A stretch of DNA of 64,000 nt, taken from NCBI GenBank assembly GCA_000004985.1, contig GG738936.1. One strand, given 5' to 3'. The position numbers and the translations under genes are program-made. This document shows positions 32,943 through 44,195 of this stretch, in pieces. The stretch is from Naegleria gruberi (taxonomy: Eukaryota). Within the stretch, counting starts at the first letter, position 1. Every line of letters starts with the position of its first letter. A model generated the notes under the pieces. The model was not told the DNA's origin, ran no database searches, and saw only the letters and a program-made list of their open reading frames with translations.

Positions 32943-34121
32943 TTACTGATTTGGTGTCGATTCACAAGTTGTAATACTTATTGTAATCTCACAACATGCA
33001 GGAGTTTTCTCAACATTATTTTTCTCATCCTCACTTTCTCTTCTGATGAAATAACTCATTAATATTCTATTTCTCAAATACGAAACTAAACACAACAAGA
33101 GAAACATAATTCCAATGACCAAATAAACAACTACAAGAAACAATAGAAATGTCCACCAAGGATTTCTATAATAATTAATAATACTATATGGAAATTTTGA
33201 TACCCATCTCGATTTCATACTAATTAAAAACCAAATATAGTATAAACTAGGAAAGCACATTAATGTGACAATGTGCCACTTTCTTATTTGAAAATTAGAC
33301 AAGAGAAAGTCAATTAAGCTTAATAATCCTGTAATACCATGATAAGAAACAGTACTTTCCCAAATTTGATGTCGAATAACTTATTAGAAACTAAATACTT
33401 ACACACAATCTAAAACATCCTCCTGAACACTTGCTCTTCCAACCCAATATCCAATCGAAACAACCAATGAAGCAACCAAATTTAATTCGCCTACAAACCA
33501 CAACAATATTGAAATTCCTCTCCAGCCAATTTTGATCCACTTGTCAAATTTAGAATAATTCTTTAAAAGGAAATTTGTTTCATACGAAAACCTAATCGAG
33601 AAATTTCTAAAGAATACTAAGTAGACGAAACCTAAAAATGTCTGCAGTGAGAAATAAGTGGTGAAAACCATAATCATGTGGTGTGTGAAAAAAGTTGAGT
33701 TTTTCAGATAGATATTTTCGAATAGATCTGGTCTAAGAGATGGATAGATGGAAAGGGTGGTAACAATCCATGTAAAAGTCATTATTCGAAAGATGTATAA
33801 AGCTATGGTTAGATACTTGTTGTATCCGAAAGATTCGAATACAAATTGCGAAGGGTTTCGTAAACTAATTAATTAGCTTACCATTGTAATATCTACGTAC
33901 CCATCAAGAATTAAATCTGCTCTTTTAATTTCCTCCGTTTCTTGTTGATATTTAGCAACTCTGTTTTGTCTTTGTGTGAAAACTATTCCTTTCACAATGA
34001 AGAAACCTAACGAAAGTATGAAAATAAAGGAGAATGTCATGATACTTTGGATCAACAGCACAGAACTAATCAGATCAGCACCTTGTGTTTCAGAAAGTGA
34101 AGGTAAACTTCTTGCATCCAT
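32943..34121 (-). CDS. multi-pass membrane protein, unknown family; exons 34121-33882, 33815-33403, 33354-32943
   Basis: three hydrophobic-segment-rich blocks joined in frame by GTAAGC/GTAAGT donors and AG acceptors; at least 7 predicted TM helices; the third acceptor is ambiguous. Confidence 0.5.
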
Positions 34122-34366
34122 TGAATGTTGTATTCGAAAGGTTTCGTTTTTTTAATGTTGAAATTATGAAAAGACATTAATTTCTTGACATGGCAACAAG
34201 ATTGGTCTTTCCACTCAATTTATTCCAAAACTCGGTTCATTCCAAACTTGGTATTTAGTTATTTTTGTAAAGAATAATTGAAAATGGAAATATAAATGGT
34301 TTTGAAGAGCTCATTCTCATTAAAATCCATTAATTATTGATTCGAATGTAACAATGTTTATTTTAA

Positions 34367-36925
34367 TTACATCCAATACATATTACCATCCTGTGCAGAA
34401 CCTGATTTCACTGACTGTTCATCATCAGTTGATGAGCTTGTTCCTGGTTGAGCAATTTCAAATCCAAGAGAAAAAGAACTGGAAGTTGAGCTCATTGTGG
34501 ATTCTCTGCTTGATGGTTTCTCTGAAAGAATAGTTTTGATATTTTCCATGAATGATGTGTAGGCCAAATTGATGAGAATTAACTTGACAATGACTTCAAT
34601 CTTTTCAAATACATCAAAGTGAGCGAGGGAGGAAATTGCCTTCTTGGCCTCAGTGTTAAATGTTTGAATGGAGGAGCGAGGGAAATCAGAAAGATTGGAA
34701 ATATTGTTTTGGTCAATTAGGTAGCTCTCTACAATCTTTTTGTGAAGTTTGGCTCTTTGTTGAGGTTTGTTTGTGAGCTTGTAAGTTTCCAATTTTTCAA
34801 TCATTGCCATGTATTTAGAGGCATTAGGAATTGGGCACAATTGTAAGAATCTTGATTTGAGATAGTCATCACTGATAATTCTATTAAAATCGAGAATTTT
34901 CTTCATTTCTTCTAATTTGGTTTCTTGATCTTGGAGTGATTGTTGAAGTTCATTTTCTTCACTCAAATTGATGGCAACAATTACAAAGGCATCACTAACT
35001 TGGCCTTCTTTAATTAGCAATCTGACATTGTAAACTTTCAATTGGACTGGTAATTGTTTGGATGTTATGGAGAAGATGTTTGTTTTCCATATACCATTAT
35101 CGCTAATTTCAGCAAATTTCTGTAGCAACTCATCGAGAGGTGTTTCCTTAAAGAATTTGTCAATGGTATCATGGAGATAGTTGACTTGTTGCTGATTTTC
35201 ATTACTGTCCACAAGCTTATTATCAAAATAACTATTAGTATTGACAATCAATCCAGTACTCTTTTCAACAATGGCAATAAACTCATTAATACTATTCATG
35301 ATGCAACGATTGGATTGTTCTTGAATTGAAGTTCTTTCAAGCATTTCTTGCATTGTATCCATGTCACTAACTAGCTTTTCTTGATTCTTTTTCAAACTGG
35401 CCAACATTTGATTAATCTTTGATGAGAGAGTACCAATTTCGTCGTGACCCAATTGAGGAATTGTCTTGTTAAAATCATTTCCACTCTCATAGAAATCTCT
35501 AACAGATTTGGATAATTTTAAAATTCTTCTCAATACTGATGATTCAATAAAGATGACAACGCCAGCTGACAATACCAATACGAAGAATGTCATGACAAAC
35601 CACACGACAAGGAAGGAAGCCATACCAACTTGGAATGAACTTCTTTGAATATCAGTTCTAAACACTACTGTCTTTCCACCTGTAATGTCATTGTACATTT
35701 GATAGGCAGCCATTCTTTCATTTTGAGAACCAGCTGAGAAGGAAGAGAACTTGTTAGTAATGGTCTTGGAGCATTGTCTTCCATGGAGAATATAATCCGA
35801 GTTACTGGAAGATTTTCCAATATCAATAACCTTCACAAGAGATGCAGCATCATTTGTCCAATCAGAGTAAACATTTGTACTCGAAATATTGGTTGGTATC
35901 CATTCACTAGTGATAGCATCAAGAGAATCTGAGATTGCATTAGATGTTGACAACTTGAAAGCACTTGTCTCATATTCACTTTTCAGGTCATAGGTCGTAA
36001 CACAAAATTGAGTCCTCTCTGAGATGTCGAGCAGATAATCATAGGTATTATACTTGGCAAAGGTGAGCATACCAAATGATTCCAGTGAGTCATATCCTTG
36101 AATTGGCATTGCATTCACAAGAAGTACGTTTGATAAAATTGAGGAATAGTTGGAAACTGCTTGTTGTGATGTTTCACTTGTTGCCAATTCTGAAAGTTTC
36201 TTACTTGGTATCATTAATCCAATGTGTCTAGTCGATGGATTTTCCAAATTATTGATAAAGAATTTCCTATATTCATTCGATTGACCATCAACAGTTTCTT
36301 GATCTAGATTAGTCAACTCAGATGGTAATCCTTCAATTGATACACCTTTAAAACAATGAATTCCTCTTAGCATTGTTCCATTTAAATAGTAAAATAAGGC
36401 CATATTTACGTTAACTCTATTCAAATAATCACAATTCATATAATCTGACATGTATTGGTCAATTGTCTCTTGTGAAGCTCCATTTACCAACTCAGTTGTC
36501 GAATCAAACGATCCATATTCAAACGTACGATCTGACAATAGCTTTAAATCATCAAACAATGCTCTTGAAACTCTCCTAGAAGATTGAGTCGATTCCACAC
36601 GTTCAACATTATGAAATATCAAAAAGAATGAGGTCAATAAAATTGCCAAACAAAAGCACACCAACAATATGAACATGACAACCAACACTGAAATTGTCTT
36701 TAAACGTAATGATGAATGTTTCTTGAATATATTCTCTTGTTGCTGCGTCGTATCTGGTGCATTGTATTTAAAAGTTAAATTTGCAATTTCTTTCAACTCT
36801 ATTTTCATTTCTTTTAATTCTTCCGAATTGCTATTATTATTATTAATGGATGGAGAATGCTGAAGAGATGTTGCGGAAGATGATGGAATTGATTCAACAA
36901 CTGAAAGGTTGAGTTGTTGCGTCAT
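34367..36925 (-). CDS. receptor-like protein: N-terminal TM, large extracellular domain, second TM, coiled-coil linker and C-terminal RGS domain
   Basis: TM1 LVVMFILLVCFCLAILLTSFFLIF; TM2 MASFLVVWFVMTFFVLVLSAGVVIFI followed by a HAMP/coiled-coil-like segment; C-terminal RGS-like block SRFLQLCPIPNASKYMAMIEKLETYK...AKLHKKIVESYLIDQ...FDVFEKIEVIVKLILINLAYTSFMEN. Confidence 0.7.
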   Translation of the reverse strand: MTQQLNLSVVESIPSSSATSLQHSPSINNNNSNSEELKEMKIELKEIANLTFKYNAPDTTQQQENIFKKHSSLRLKTISVLVVMFILLVCFCLAILLTSFFLIFHNVERVESTQSSRRVSRALFDDLKLLSDRTFEYGSFDSTTELVNGASQETIDQYMSDYMNCDYLNRVNVNMALFYYLNGTMLRGIHCFKGVSIEGLPSELTNLDQETVDGQSNEYRKFFINNLENPSTRHIGLMIPSKKLSELATSETSQQAVSNYSSILSNVLLVNAMPIQGYDSLESFGMLTFAKYNTYDYLLDISERTQFCVTTYDLKSEYETSAFKLSTSNAISDSLDAITSEWIPTNISSTNVYSDWTNDAASLVKVIDIGKSSSNSDYILHGRQCSKTITNKFSSFSAGSQNERMAAYQMYNDITGGKTVVFRTDIQRSSFQVGMASFLVVWFVMTFFVLVLSAGVVIFIESSVLRRILKLSKSVRDFYESGNDFNKTIPQLGHDEIGTLSSKINQMLASLKKNQEKLVSDMDTMQEMLERTSIQEQSNRCIMNSINEFIAIVEKSTGLIVNTNSYFDNKLVDSNENQQQVNYLHDTIDKFFKETPLDELLQKFAEISDNGIWKTNIFSITSKQLPVQLKVYNVRLLIKEGQVSDAFVIVAINLSEENELQQSLQDQETKLEEMKKILDFNRIISDDYLKSRFLQLCPIPNASKYMAMIEKLETYKLTNKPQQRAKLHKKIVESYLIDQNNISNLSDFPRSSIQTFNTEAKKAISSLAHFDVFEKIEVIVKLILINLAYTSFMENIKTILSEKPSSRESTMSSTSSSFSLGFEIAQPGTSSSTDDEQSVKSGSAQDGNMYWM

Positions 36926-37258
36926 TTTTTTAAAACTTTCTCAAAATGGATTTGGCGGGGTGAAGTTTGTTTGCAGAAATGGATGTTAAAAAAGTAACTT
37001 TGGTTTTGGTGATGTGAGAGATTGTAAATTGATATGGATGTTGTGTTGGGGATTATTTTGTGTTTTGAAAACAATAGTTTCGAATAGAGGTTCTTGTAAT
37101 CAATATCTCAATTAGATTGAACAAATATTTTTGGTATGTCTTGGTTTGTGGAGGTAACACCTCAGAAACGTTCATCATGTGATGGTTGATTAATTGTACT
37201 TTCTTAGAGTGCACTTGGTTGGTGTCACTTTACAATAAAGAACAGATTGAGTGGTTGT

Positions 37259-38683
37259 TTATTTACGTTTGAAAATGTTAAATAGAGTGTTAGGTCTTTT
37301 TCTAACTTCTTTGGATTGTGGTGGTTCAGATGATGATGGAGGGAATGATTTAGAATTATTGTTAACTGTTTGTTGTTTCTTTTGAGATCCGTTATCTAAA
37401 TCTGAATTGAGTGATGAGATTTTGTAACCAGTGTTTTGTTCATGTTGTGAGATGATTAAACCAATAGATTGAGATCTTCTCTTTTCATTAATGACTGGAG
37501 AGCTAGTGGAAATGGAATTTGATCTATTTCTTATTTTGTTTCCAATATTTTTGAAAGAGTCAACCAATCTAAGACTAGCTCTTCTATTTTCCAAATTTGG
37601 AGTACTGGATGAGGCAGAGTTATTCGTTCTTGAAGATGAAATCACCAAACTGGACCTTCTCTGTTTTGTTTCAATATTTGCTGTAACGCTCTTTGGCCTT
37701 ATTATTGATTTTGCAAGTTCTTTCACATCCTCAAAGAAGGTTAGCACATTCTCCCCAGTAACACTCGAACATTCATAAAACTTGATATCACTTCCAATAA
37801 CATTCCTATGTGAGAGAATATGTGACTCTGAAACTGTTCTATCATCCTCGAGGTCTGTCTTGACTCCTACTGCCATTATCTTTCGTTGCTGACCTCCTCT
37901 AGGAGTTCTTGGAGAGGTCATTAATAGAGCTGGACTCTGAGGGGATCCAAATTTGAAACTAGCAAGTGGATCAGCATGGGTTTCGTCTGAAGGCAGATTT
38001 GAGGTTATCTTTGATAATTGTTCATGGTAAAGGACAAGAGATTCGAATGAAGGCAGCTCTGTTACATCGTAAACCATAATCACTAAATGGGCTCTAGCCA
38101 CAGTTTTTACAAACTCCAAATCACTATCCATCATGTTTCTATTTCTTATATCTGAAAAGGAATGAGAAAGTAAGAAAAAGTTTAGTTTTACATTTCTTTC
38201 TCCATTTTCCACCTCAATCACCTTTGAATAGTCTGCTCTCAATTCATCATTCTCCTTCCTGAACGAATGTAATGATGAGAAGGATGAACTCCTCTCCGAT
38301 AGAACCGATTGATCATCATTGGCTGTCCAAGTAGAAGCCTCATCATCTAATTCTTCTTCATCTCCCACCTGACGAATTGAATTCATAAATGTAGAAGGAT
38401 TGTAGTAACCATTAATCATGTAAGAAACCAGTGATTTCTTACCAACTCCTCTTGTACCTAACACACAAATATTGTAGGCTTGAGGATTTTGATTTGATAC
38501 ATTGTTGGCTGAATTATTATTGGTTGTATTCGAAGTCGTTACGGCACTCGAAGAGAGCAGATCTGATGAAGAACCACCTCCCAATAACATTGAGGGTATA
38601 ATATTCAATAGACTACTCCTTCTCCTCCTGATGAGTGTAGCAGAAGAGGTTGTGTCATGGTTATTATTATTGTTCATCATCAT
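37259..38683 (-). CDS. divergent Ras-superfamily small GTPase with poly-Asn N-terminal and Ser-rich C-terminal extensions
   Basis: G1 LGTRGVGKKS, G4-like GVKTDLED, G5-like ECSSVTGENV; first ATG at 38683 (track ORF begins at TTG 38764). Confidence 0.65.
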   Translation of the reverse strand: MMMNNNNNHDTTSSATLIRRRRSSLLNIIPSMLLGGGSSSDLLSSSAVTTSNTTNNNSANNVSNQNPQAYNICVLGTRGVGKKSLVSYMINGYYNPSTFMNSIRQVGDEEELDDEASTWTANDDQSVLSERSSSFSSLHSFRKENDELRADYSKVIEVENGERNVKLNFFLLSHSFSDIRNRNMMDSDLEFVKTVARAHLVIMVYDVTELPSFESLVLYHEQLSKITSNLPSDETHADPLASFKFGSPQSPALLMTSPRTPRGGQQRKIMAVGVKTDLEDDRTVSESHILSHRNVIGSDIKFYECSSVTGENVLTFFEDVKELAKSIIRPKSVTANIETKQRRSSLVISSSRTNNSASSSTPNLENRRASLRLVDSFKNIGNKIRNRSNSISTSSPVINEKRRSQSIGLIISQHEQNTGYKISSLNSDLDNGSQKKQQTVNNNSKSFPPSSSEPPQSKEVRKRPNTLFNIFKRK

Positions 38684-38843
38684 TTCGTTTTTTTTAAAAT
38701 GAAATTGTGTGTGCTTGGTTGAGTAAGGAAAAAGGGCGGGCTGTAGATATGTGATGAAAGACAATGTGTGGCTATTGGAATAGAGGAAGATTAAATGACT
38801 ACAATCTACGATGACTATTGAGAATTGAGAGATTGAAATGTTT

Positions 38844-40602
38844 TTAATACTTTTTCAATTTCTTGGCGGCTGTTGTTGGAGTGTAAGTAAAATCTGACCT
38901 AATAGCAATAAATCTGTTTTGATAGGAAATTACTGGGTTGACCAAGGTAAGACCTTGAAGAGATGGAAGTGGGAATCCTCTCTTTGCAAGAGTATTACCA
39001 ATTGGAACAACTCCATATTCGAAAATTAAATCAACAATAGTAGAAACCAATTGAACGTCCAATGGGCCAATATTTGAATAAGCAAGTGTGACATTAGAAC
39101 TCTTATAAGTAAGGGTTCCAGTGATATTGGAGGCAACAATAGAAGCTTCCAAATCCATAACAGCATTGAAATTCAAAGCAAAGGCATTGACTGGTCCAGT
39201 TGGTTGAACAACTTGGAAAATGGCTTGAGCAATGAGGTTAACCTCAGCACCATTAGCTGGAGAAATGGAAATAGTTGGTGGACTAGCAGTGGTAAAGTCA
39301 ATTTGCATTTCAAGACCTGGATATTTTGCGTATAATTGAGGAAGGAAATATTGCAAATTAGTAGTGTTGAAAAGCCATTGGAAAGAAGATGGGAAAATGT
39401 GTTGAGTGAGTAAATAATTGAACAATCCAGCTTCGTTAAAAGCAAATCCAGCAGTATTGAGGGTATAATCACTGACAAAGATTTCAGCCATCTTATCAGC
39501 TCCAAGAGAGTTTGGCATTGAAGGAGTTGGTCCTGCATAACCTGGTTGATTCTTAACAAATAATCTACCAGCAGTTCCAACAATGAGAGAATTTGAAGTA
39601 TTGTAGACAACACTTTGCAAAGTACTATCAAATAAAACACCCATTGATAAGATTGGAATTTGGAGATTGAGAGTTGCCAATTCCTTACTCAAGACAGTAT
39701 TAATAGCTCCAGCAACTTGAGTATTGATGGCGTTTTGTGCACTTTGTTCAATAGAGTCTCTGAAATTGTTGAGGAAAACATTGTACAACCAACTTGCTCC
39801 ACCATGTAATTTCAAATTAAAGCTAGTGAATTTGGCATTGAAATTTCCAAGAACGACATTGAAGTGAGATTCATCAATAATCACAATTTGAGCTGTAAGA
39901 GTGATATCAACTATGTGGTGTTAGAAACTATTCTAAACTAATTACATACTTGCAACAGAAGCATCAGCACTACCTGAATCACTAATATGTGGCCATGAAT
40001 CCTCTAATATTGTTTGTAAAATTAATATTCATCCAAACTAATAATACTAACCTCTGTAATGCCAATTCTGATCAAAATATTATTAATTAATTAATGTCAA
40101 TAAAAACTTACACAATGAAGACTAGCTTGAGCATTGCTAATAGTAATTTGGAGAGCAGTTGGACCAACAACAATTGATGGAATAGAGATATCAAAATTAC
40201 TCAAAGTAATTTGAGAAATGGTGGCAGTTAAATGTCCGATTGGTGTATCTGTAATAATAAATTTCAACATTAAATAACACTTCCTCACAACATACCAACT
40301 CTAGTTGTAACATCAGGAATAGCAATAGTTGATGTGATTTGTTTTTGAATAAATGGCGTTAATTGATTAGACATGTAATTCAAAGCACGTTGTTGTGTAT
40401 TAACAGAAATTCCAGATGGCAAAACCATAGGTTGTTTAACAGAAGAATTCTTTTTTAATTTATGAATAGAGATTGGCTTTAATGATTCCGAGCCACCAAT
40501 CATCATCATCAAGACAACAATGATCAAAGTTGTTCCAACCAAGAACAAGCTAGTGTTGTTATTCATATTTCTCTTCATTTTTTTCTTCGCTGATTTTTTC
40601 AT
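38844..40602 (-). CDS. BPI/LBP/CETP-family lipid-binding protein with signal peptide; exons 40602-40296, 40248-40112, 40001-39950, 39892-38844
   Basis: N-terminal BPI-type motif LNYMSNQLTPFIQKQITSTIAIPDVTTRV then TPIGHLTATISQITLSNFDISIPSIVVGP; long two-barrel body; exon lengths sum to a multiple of 3 (1545 nt); GTATGT/GTAAGT donors. Confidence 0.7.
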
Positions 40603-40806
40603 TGTTGGAATTTTCAGTAAAGCCTTACCAGGTTTTTTGAAGATGCACACAACGCAGCCTTCACAACTTGAAAAAAAAAGCCTTTATATTGTTGCTGATA
40701 ATTTTTGTTTCCATTGGCAGTGGCACAATGTAAGGCTGAAAAATATATTGAGGGGCGATTAAGTTTCTTTTTCGGAACACTTGATTACCTAGAAATTAAC
40801 AAAAAA

Positions 40807-42999
40807 ATGAGCAAAATTAAACCTGCAGACATGTTGGAGGCATCACTACAACAAATTAAAAATGTTGTTGGTGTTGGTTCATCATCGGAGAGTGTTGGAA
40901 AGATTGTGGTGAATGTTAGCAAGATTTTGGAGGAAAATTCTGCCTATTTGGGGATTACTACATTTTACGAGAGTAACAAGTTGACATCTTCGCAGTTTGG
41001 ATCAAGTTGTAGGAATTTTCAGAAATGTTTGGATAGAGTGGAACATTTGGAATTGAGTGGAAATCAGTTGGAGTATTTTATTGTTAATGAAAAGTTGACA
41101 AGTGACTCAAAGTATTTTGTTAGCCAATTTGCAAAGAGTTTGACATTCTTGGATTTATCTAATAACATGATCAAGAATTTTCCTATTGAATGTTTGAGTA
41201 TTCCATTAAAAATATTAAATTTGGAAAATAATTTAATTACGAGTTTGGAAAATCTAGTGAAAGAGTTGAATGAGAACAAATCGGAAATGAAATTGTTGAA
41301 TTGTCTTGAGAGTTTAAATATTTCCAAAAATTTAATTCAACATTTTCCATTCTACATAATTGTTAAAAAGTTCAAAAAGGTTGATAGTATTGACCTAGGT
41401 GAAAATCCATTACAATCTCTTTCTATTAACATGTTGAAGGAACAGAAAAAGGGAATATTTGGAAGTAACGCATCATCTTCTGATAAAAACGAAGACATCA
41501 AGATATTGACTGACTATTCAGATGCTTCTATTACAAGTGTAAAGATGAACTCTATTGACCTTGAAACTATTAGAAAGAGGCTCGAGTTGAAAACTCCATT
41601 ATTATCCAACAAAACCAATTCAATTTTTAATTTATTTAAAAAGAAAATATCAGATGATATTTCATTCGATAACAGCAAGGATTTCTTCCCTGTGGAGTTA
41701 TTTGATCTTCCAAATATACAACATCTAGACCTTTCCAAAAACAAACATTTAAATTATTCCAAGATGAAACAACTTGTACTCAGTCCATCCATAACATCAC
41801 TTAATCTGTCCAATTGTCAATTAGATGAATCTGTTTCTAGAATATTCAAATCAATTTTAAACAATTCTATCAGGAAGTTGATATTACACAACAATAATAT
41901 CAAGGAAATTTTAATAGAAGATTTTCCAAATATCATTTCAATTAATTTATCCAATAATATTGAATACTACAAAAAGGATGAGAATATTTATAACATACTA
42001 TCGAATGTTAATCCAAAAATTGAAGAATTAACATTGAAACGAGTTTTTAAGAACGAAGAAGGATACAAAGACCTATTAAATCTGAGTCTTATAAGAAATA
42101 ATCTAGAAGTGCCCAAAATTGGAATTTCCTTATCCAAGTTTTCCAGTATCAGATCTTTGACACTCAGTGGATTATTTCTTTCATCAATTCCTTTAGATAT
42201 TAACCAATCAAATATGCCTAACATTGAATTTTTGGATCTTTCAGAAAATGAAATTGGAGATTTTTCTAGTAATTTGTTAATGCTCACAGAATTGAAGTCG
42301 ATAGACCTCTCATTCAATAATATTTCAACAATAGATGTAGATGATGAAATGTGCAACTTGACCAAGCTTACATCATTGGACCTTTCGCATAATAATCTCA
42401 CAGAATTTCCAATTGATCTAGTTCTATTATTACCCTCTATAGATATTCTTTCTCTTGAGTACAATACTAGTAATTTGAAAACAGCAAGAGAAGACAAGAA
42501 TGATATATTCAACCAATGGATGAAGGATCATAGTTCTGTGAAAATTAAACGAATGCTCATTGAACCAAGTTTAATTCTTGAGAGATTATATCTGGGAGGA
42601 AATGGTTCTGCCCAAAGTAAACACAATATGAAATTACTGGGCATTACTCACGTATTGAATGTTGCTGAGGGTTTAATAGCTCCATATCCTTTCGATTTCA
42701 AATATAAGAAAGTTGAACTTTCTGATACGTTAGGCGAGGATTTACTTCCGCACATAGATGCTTGTGTAAAATTTATAGAAGAGGCCATTGATTCACAAGG
42801 AACCATTCTTGTGCATTGCAAGGCAGGAGTAAGTCGTTCTGCCTCAATGGTAATTGCTTATGTAATGAAGAAATTCAAACTCTCTTTAGATGAAGCAACT
42901 CAAATGGTAAAGGAGAAGCGTTCACAGATTTGTCCTAATGGAGCATTTGTAAAACAATTGGAAGATTATGGACGTTTATTGAATCGTGAATCACATTAG
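40807..42999 (+). CDS. leucine-rich-repeat protein with C-terminal dual-specificity protein phosphatase domain
   Basis: about 15 LRRs (LxxLxLSxNxI), then DSP catalytic loop VHCKAGVSRSASMVIAYVMK and the general-acid region; first ATG at 40807 (track starts at TTG 40705). Confidence 0.8.
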   Translation: MSKIKPADMLEASLQQIKNVVGVGSSSESVGKIVVNVSKILEENSAYLGITTFYESNKLTSSQFGSSCRNFQKCLDRVEHLELSGNQLEYFIVNEKLTSDSKYFVSQFAKSLTFLDLSNNMIKNFPIECLSIPLKILNLENNLITSLENLVKELNENKSEMKLLNCLESLNISKNLIQHFPFYIIVKKFKKVDSIDLGENPLQSLSINMLKEQKKGIFGSNASSSDKNEDIKILTDYSDASITSVKMNSIDLETIRKRLELKTPLLSNKTNSIFNLFKKKISDDISFDNSKDFFPVELFDLPNIQHLDLSKNKHLNYSKMKQLVLSPSITSLNLSNCQLDESVSRIFKSILNNSIRKLILHNNNIKEILIEDFPNIISINLSNNIEYYKKDENIYNILSNVNPKIEELTLKRVFKNEEGYKDLLNLSLIRNNLEVPKIGISLSKFSSIRSLTLSGLFLSSIPLDINQSNMPNIEFLDLSENEIGDFSSNLLMLTELKSIDLSFNNISTIDVDDEMCNLTKLTSLDLSHNNLTEFPIDLVLLLPSIDILSLEYNTSNLKTAREDKNDIFNQWMKDHSSVKIKRMLIEPSLILERLYLGGNGSAQSKHNMKLLGITHVLNVAEGLIAPYPFDFKYKKVELSDTLGEDLLPHIDACVKFIEEAIDSQGTILVHCKAGVSRSASMVIAYVMKKFKLSLDEATQMVKEKRSQICPNGAFVKQLEDYGRLLNRESH

Positions 43000-44144
43000 T
43001 TGACATTTCTTTTTCTTTGAGAATAATTCCCTTTGGTGATGATAATACACAAGAGTTTTGGCAAAAACCTCGCTCAAGTCCTTTGTATTACCCTTCTCAA
43101 CATCAGCAATTACTGAGCTTTCCACATAGGTACAACAACCTGTAGAACGAGCCATCAATTCACCCTCACTGAAACTAATTGGTGCTGTAAATTGTTGAAA
43201 TTTCAATTCTTTGAGAATTTTTGTATTCTTTCTCAAATCAATCTTACATCCCATTAATATGATTGGAGTATCTGGTTTGTGAAATCTAATTTCTTTAATC
43301 CACTTGTACTGAATATTTTCAAAACTACTTGTAGAAACTATACTAAAGCAAAGACAAAATAGATCAGTTTCTGGATAGCTCAGCGGTCTTAATTTATCAT
43401 AACTTGAATTGGAATAAGATATCAGATTGTGAATTCAATAAGTACTTACTCTTCCTGACCTGCAGTATCCCATAAATCAAACTTTGAAATCTCTTCCGAA
43501 TCACCATAGTATGAAATACAAGCAACATCACATGGACCATGTAAATATTCGGGTACATATCCCCAACCCAAATAATAAATTAATGAAGTTTTTCCAACAG
43601 CTCCATCACCATTAATTATCTTACTGAAATCAGTAAATTCAATTCATCGACTTACCACTTTTTTATTAATTGACTTTCCTTTTTTTTCCACATCAAATCC
43701 TCTTAAAGGTTGCAAATGTTGCTCCTTAATAGTCAATTTAATTTCTTTGAAATTCTGATAAAGTTCTTTCTCATCTTTTCCATAAGAACGAATATTGGCT
43801 ATTTTAATTCTTTCCTTTTTACTTTGCTCAATTTCCTTCTGAAATTTTTCTTTTAATTCCAAAAATGATTTTCGATAATCCTTTTCCAGAGATAGATACG
43901 GACCATACAATTGATCCATTCTATGTCTATTATGCGGACCATATATAACATAATATCGATATCTGGAAATTTCCGATTTCATACTCTGAATTTTACTTTT
44001 AACAAATTCCTTTTGAAATTCATCATGACTAATAATTAGCGAATTAAATGATGTGGAAATTAAACGAATGGTATCTTGCAGGAAATGACAATCTAAAAAA
44101 CTGAAAACCACTCCAAGCTCATCAGTATTTAAACGTTCCAACAT
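42991..44144 (-). CDS. F-box-like N-terminal region (about 163 aa) fused to a Rac/Rho-family GTPase with polybasic-CAAX end (KKKKCQLM); exons 44144-43656, 43619-43450, 43402-42991
   Basis: N-term LNTDELGVVFSFLDCHFLQDTIRLISTSFNSLI (F-box-like) plus coiled coil; GTPase KKV/[14 protein letters not shown] (G1), [42 protein letters not shown] (G3/Rho insert), CKIDLR (G4), CAAX; GTAAGT donors; the 36-nt first intron is required because the GTPase domain has no ATG of its own. Confidence 0.7.
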
Positions 44145-44195
44145 TTTTTTCAAAGTTCACAGAGCAGATTACCTTTACAATTTAATTGTTGGTAT

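Noticed and set aside
39173-39640. 155-aa minus ORF
   Set aside because: Alternative frame inside BPI-like exon 4.
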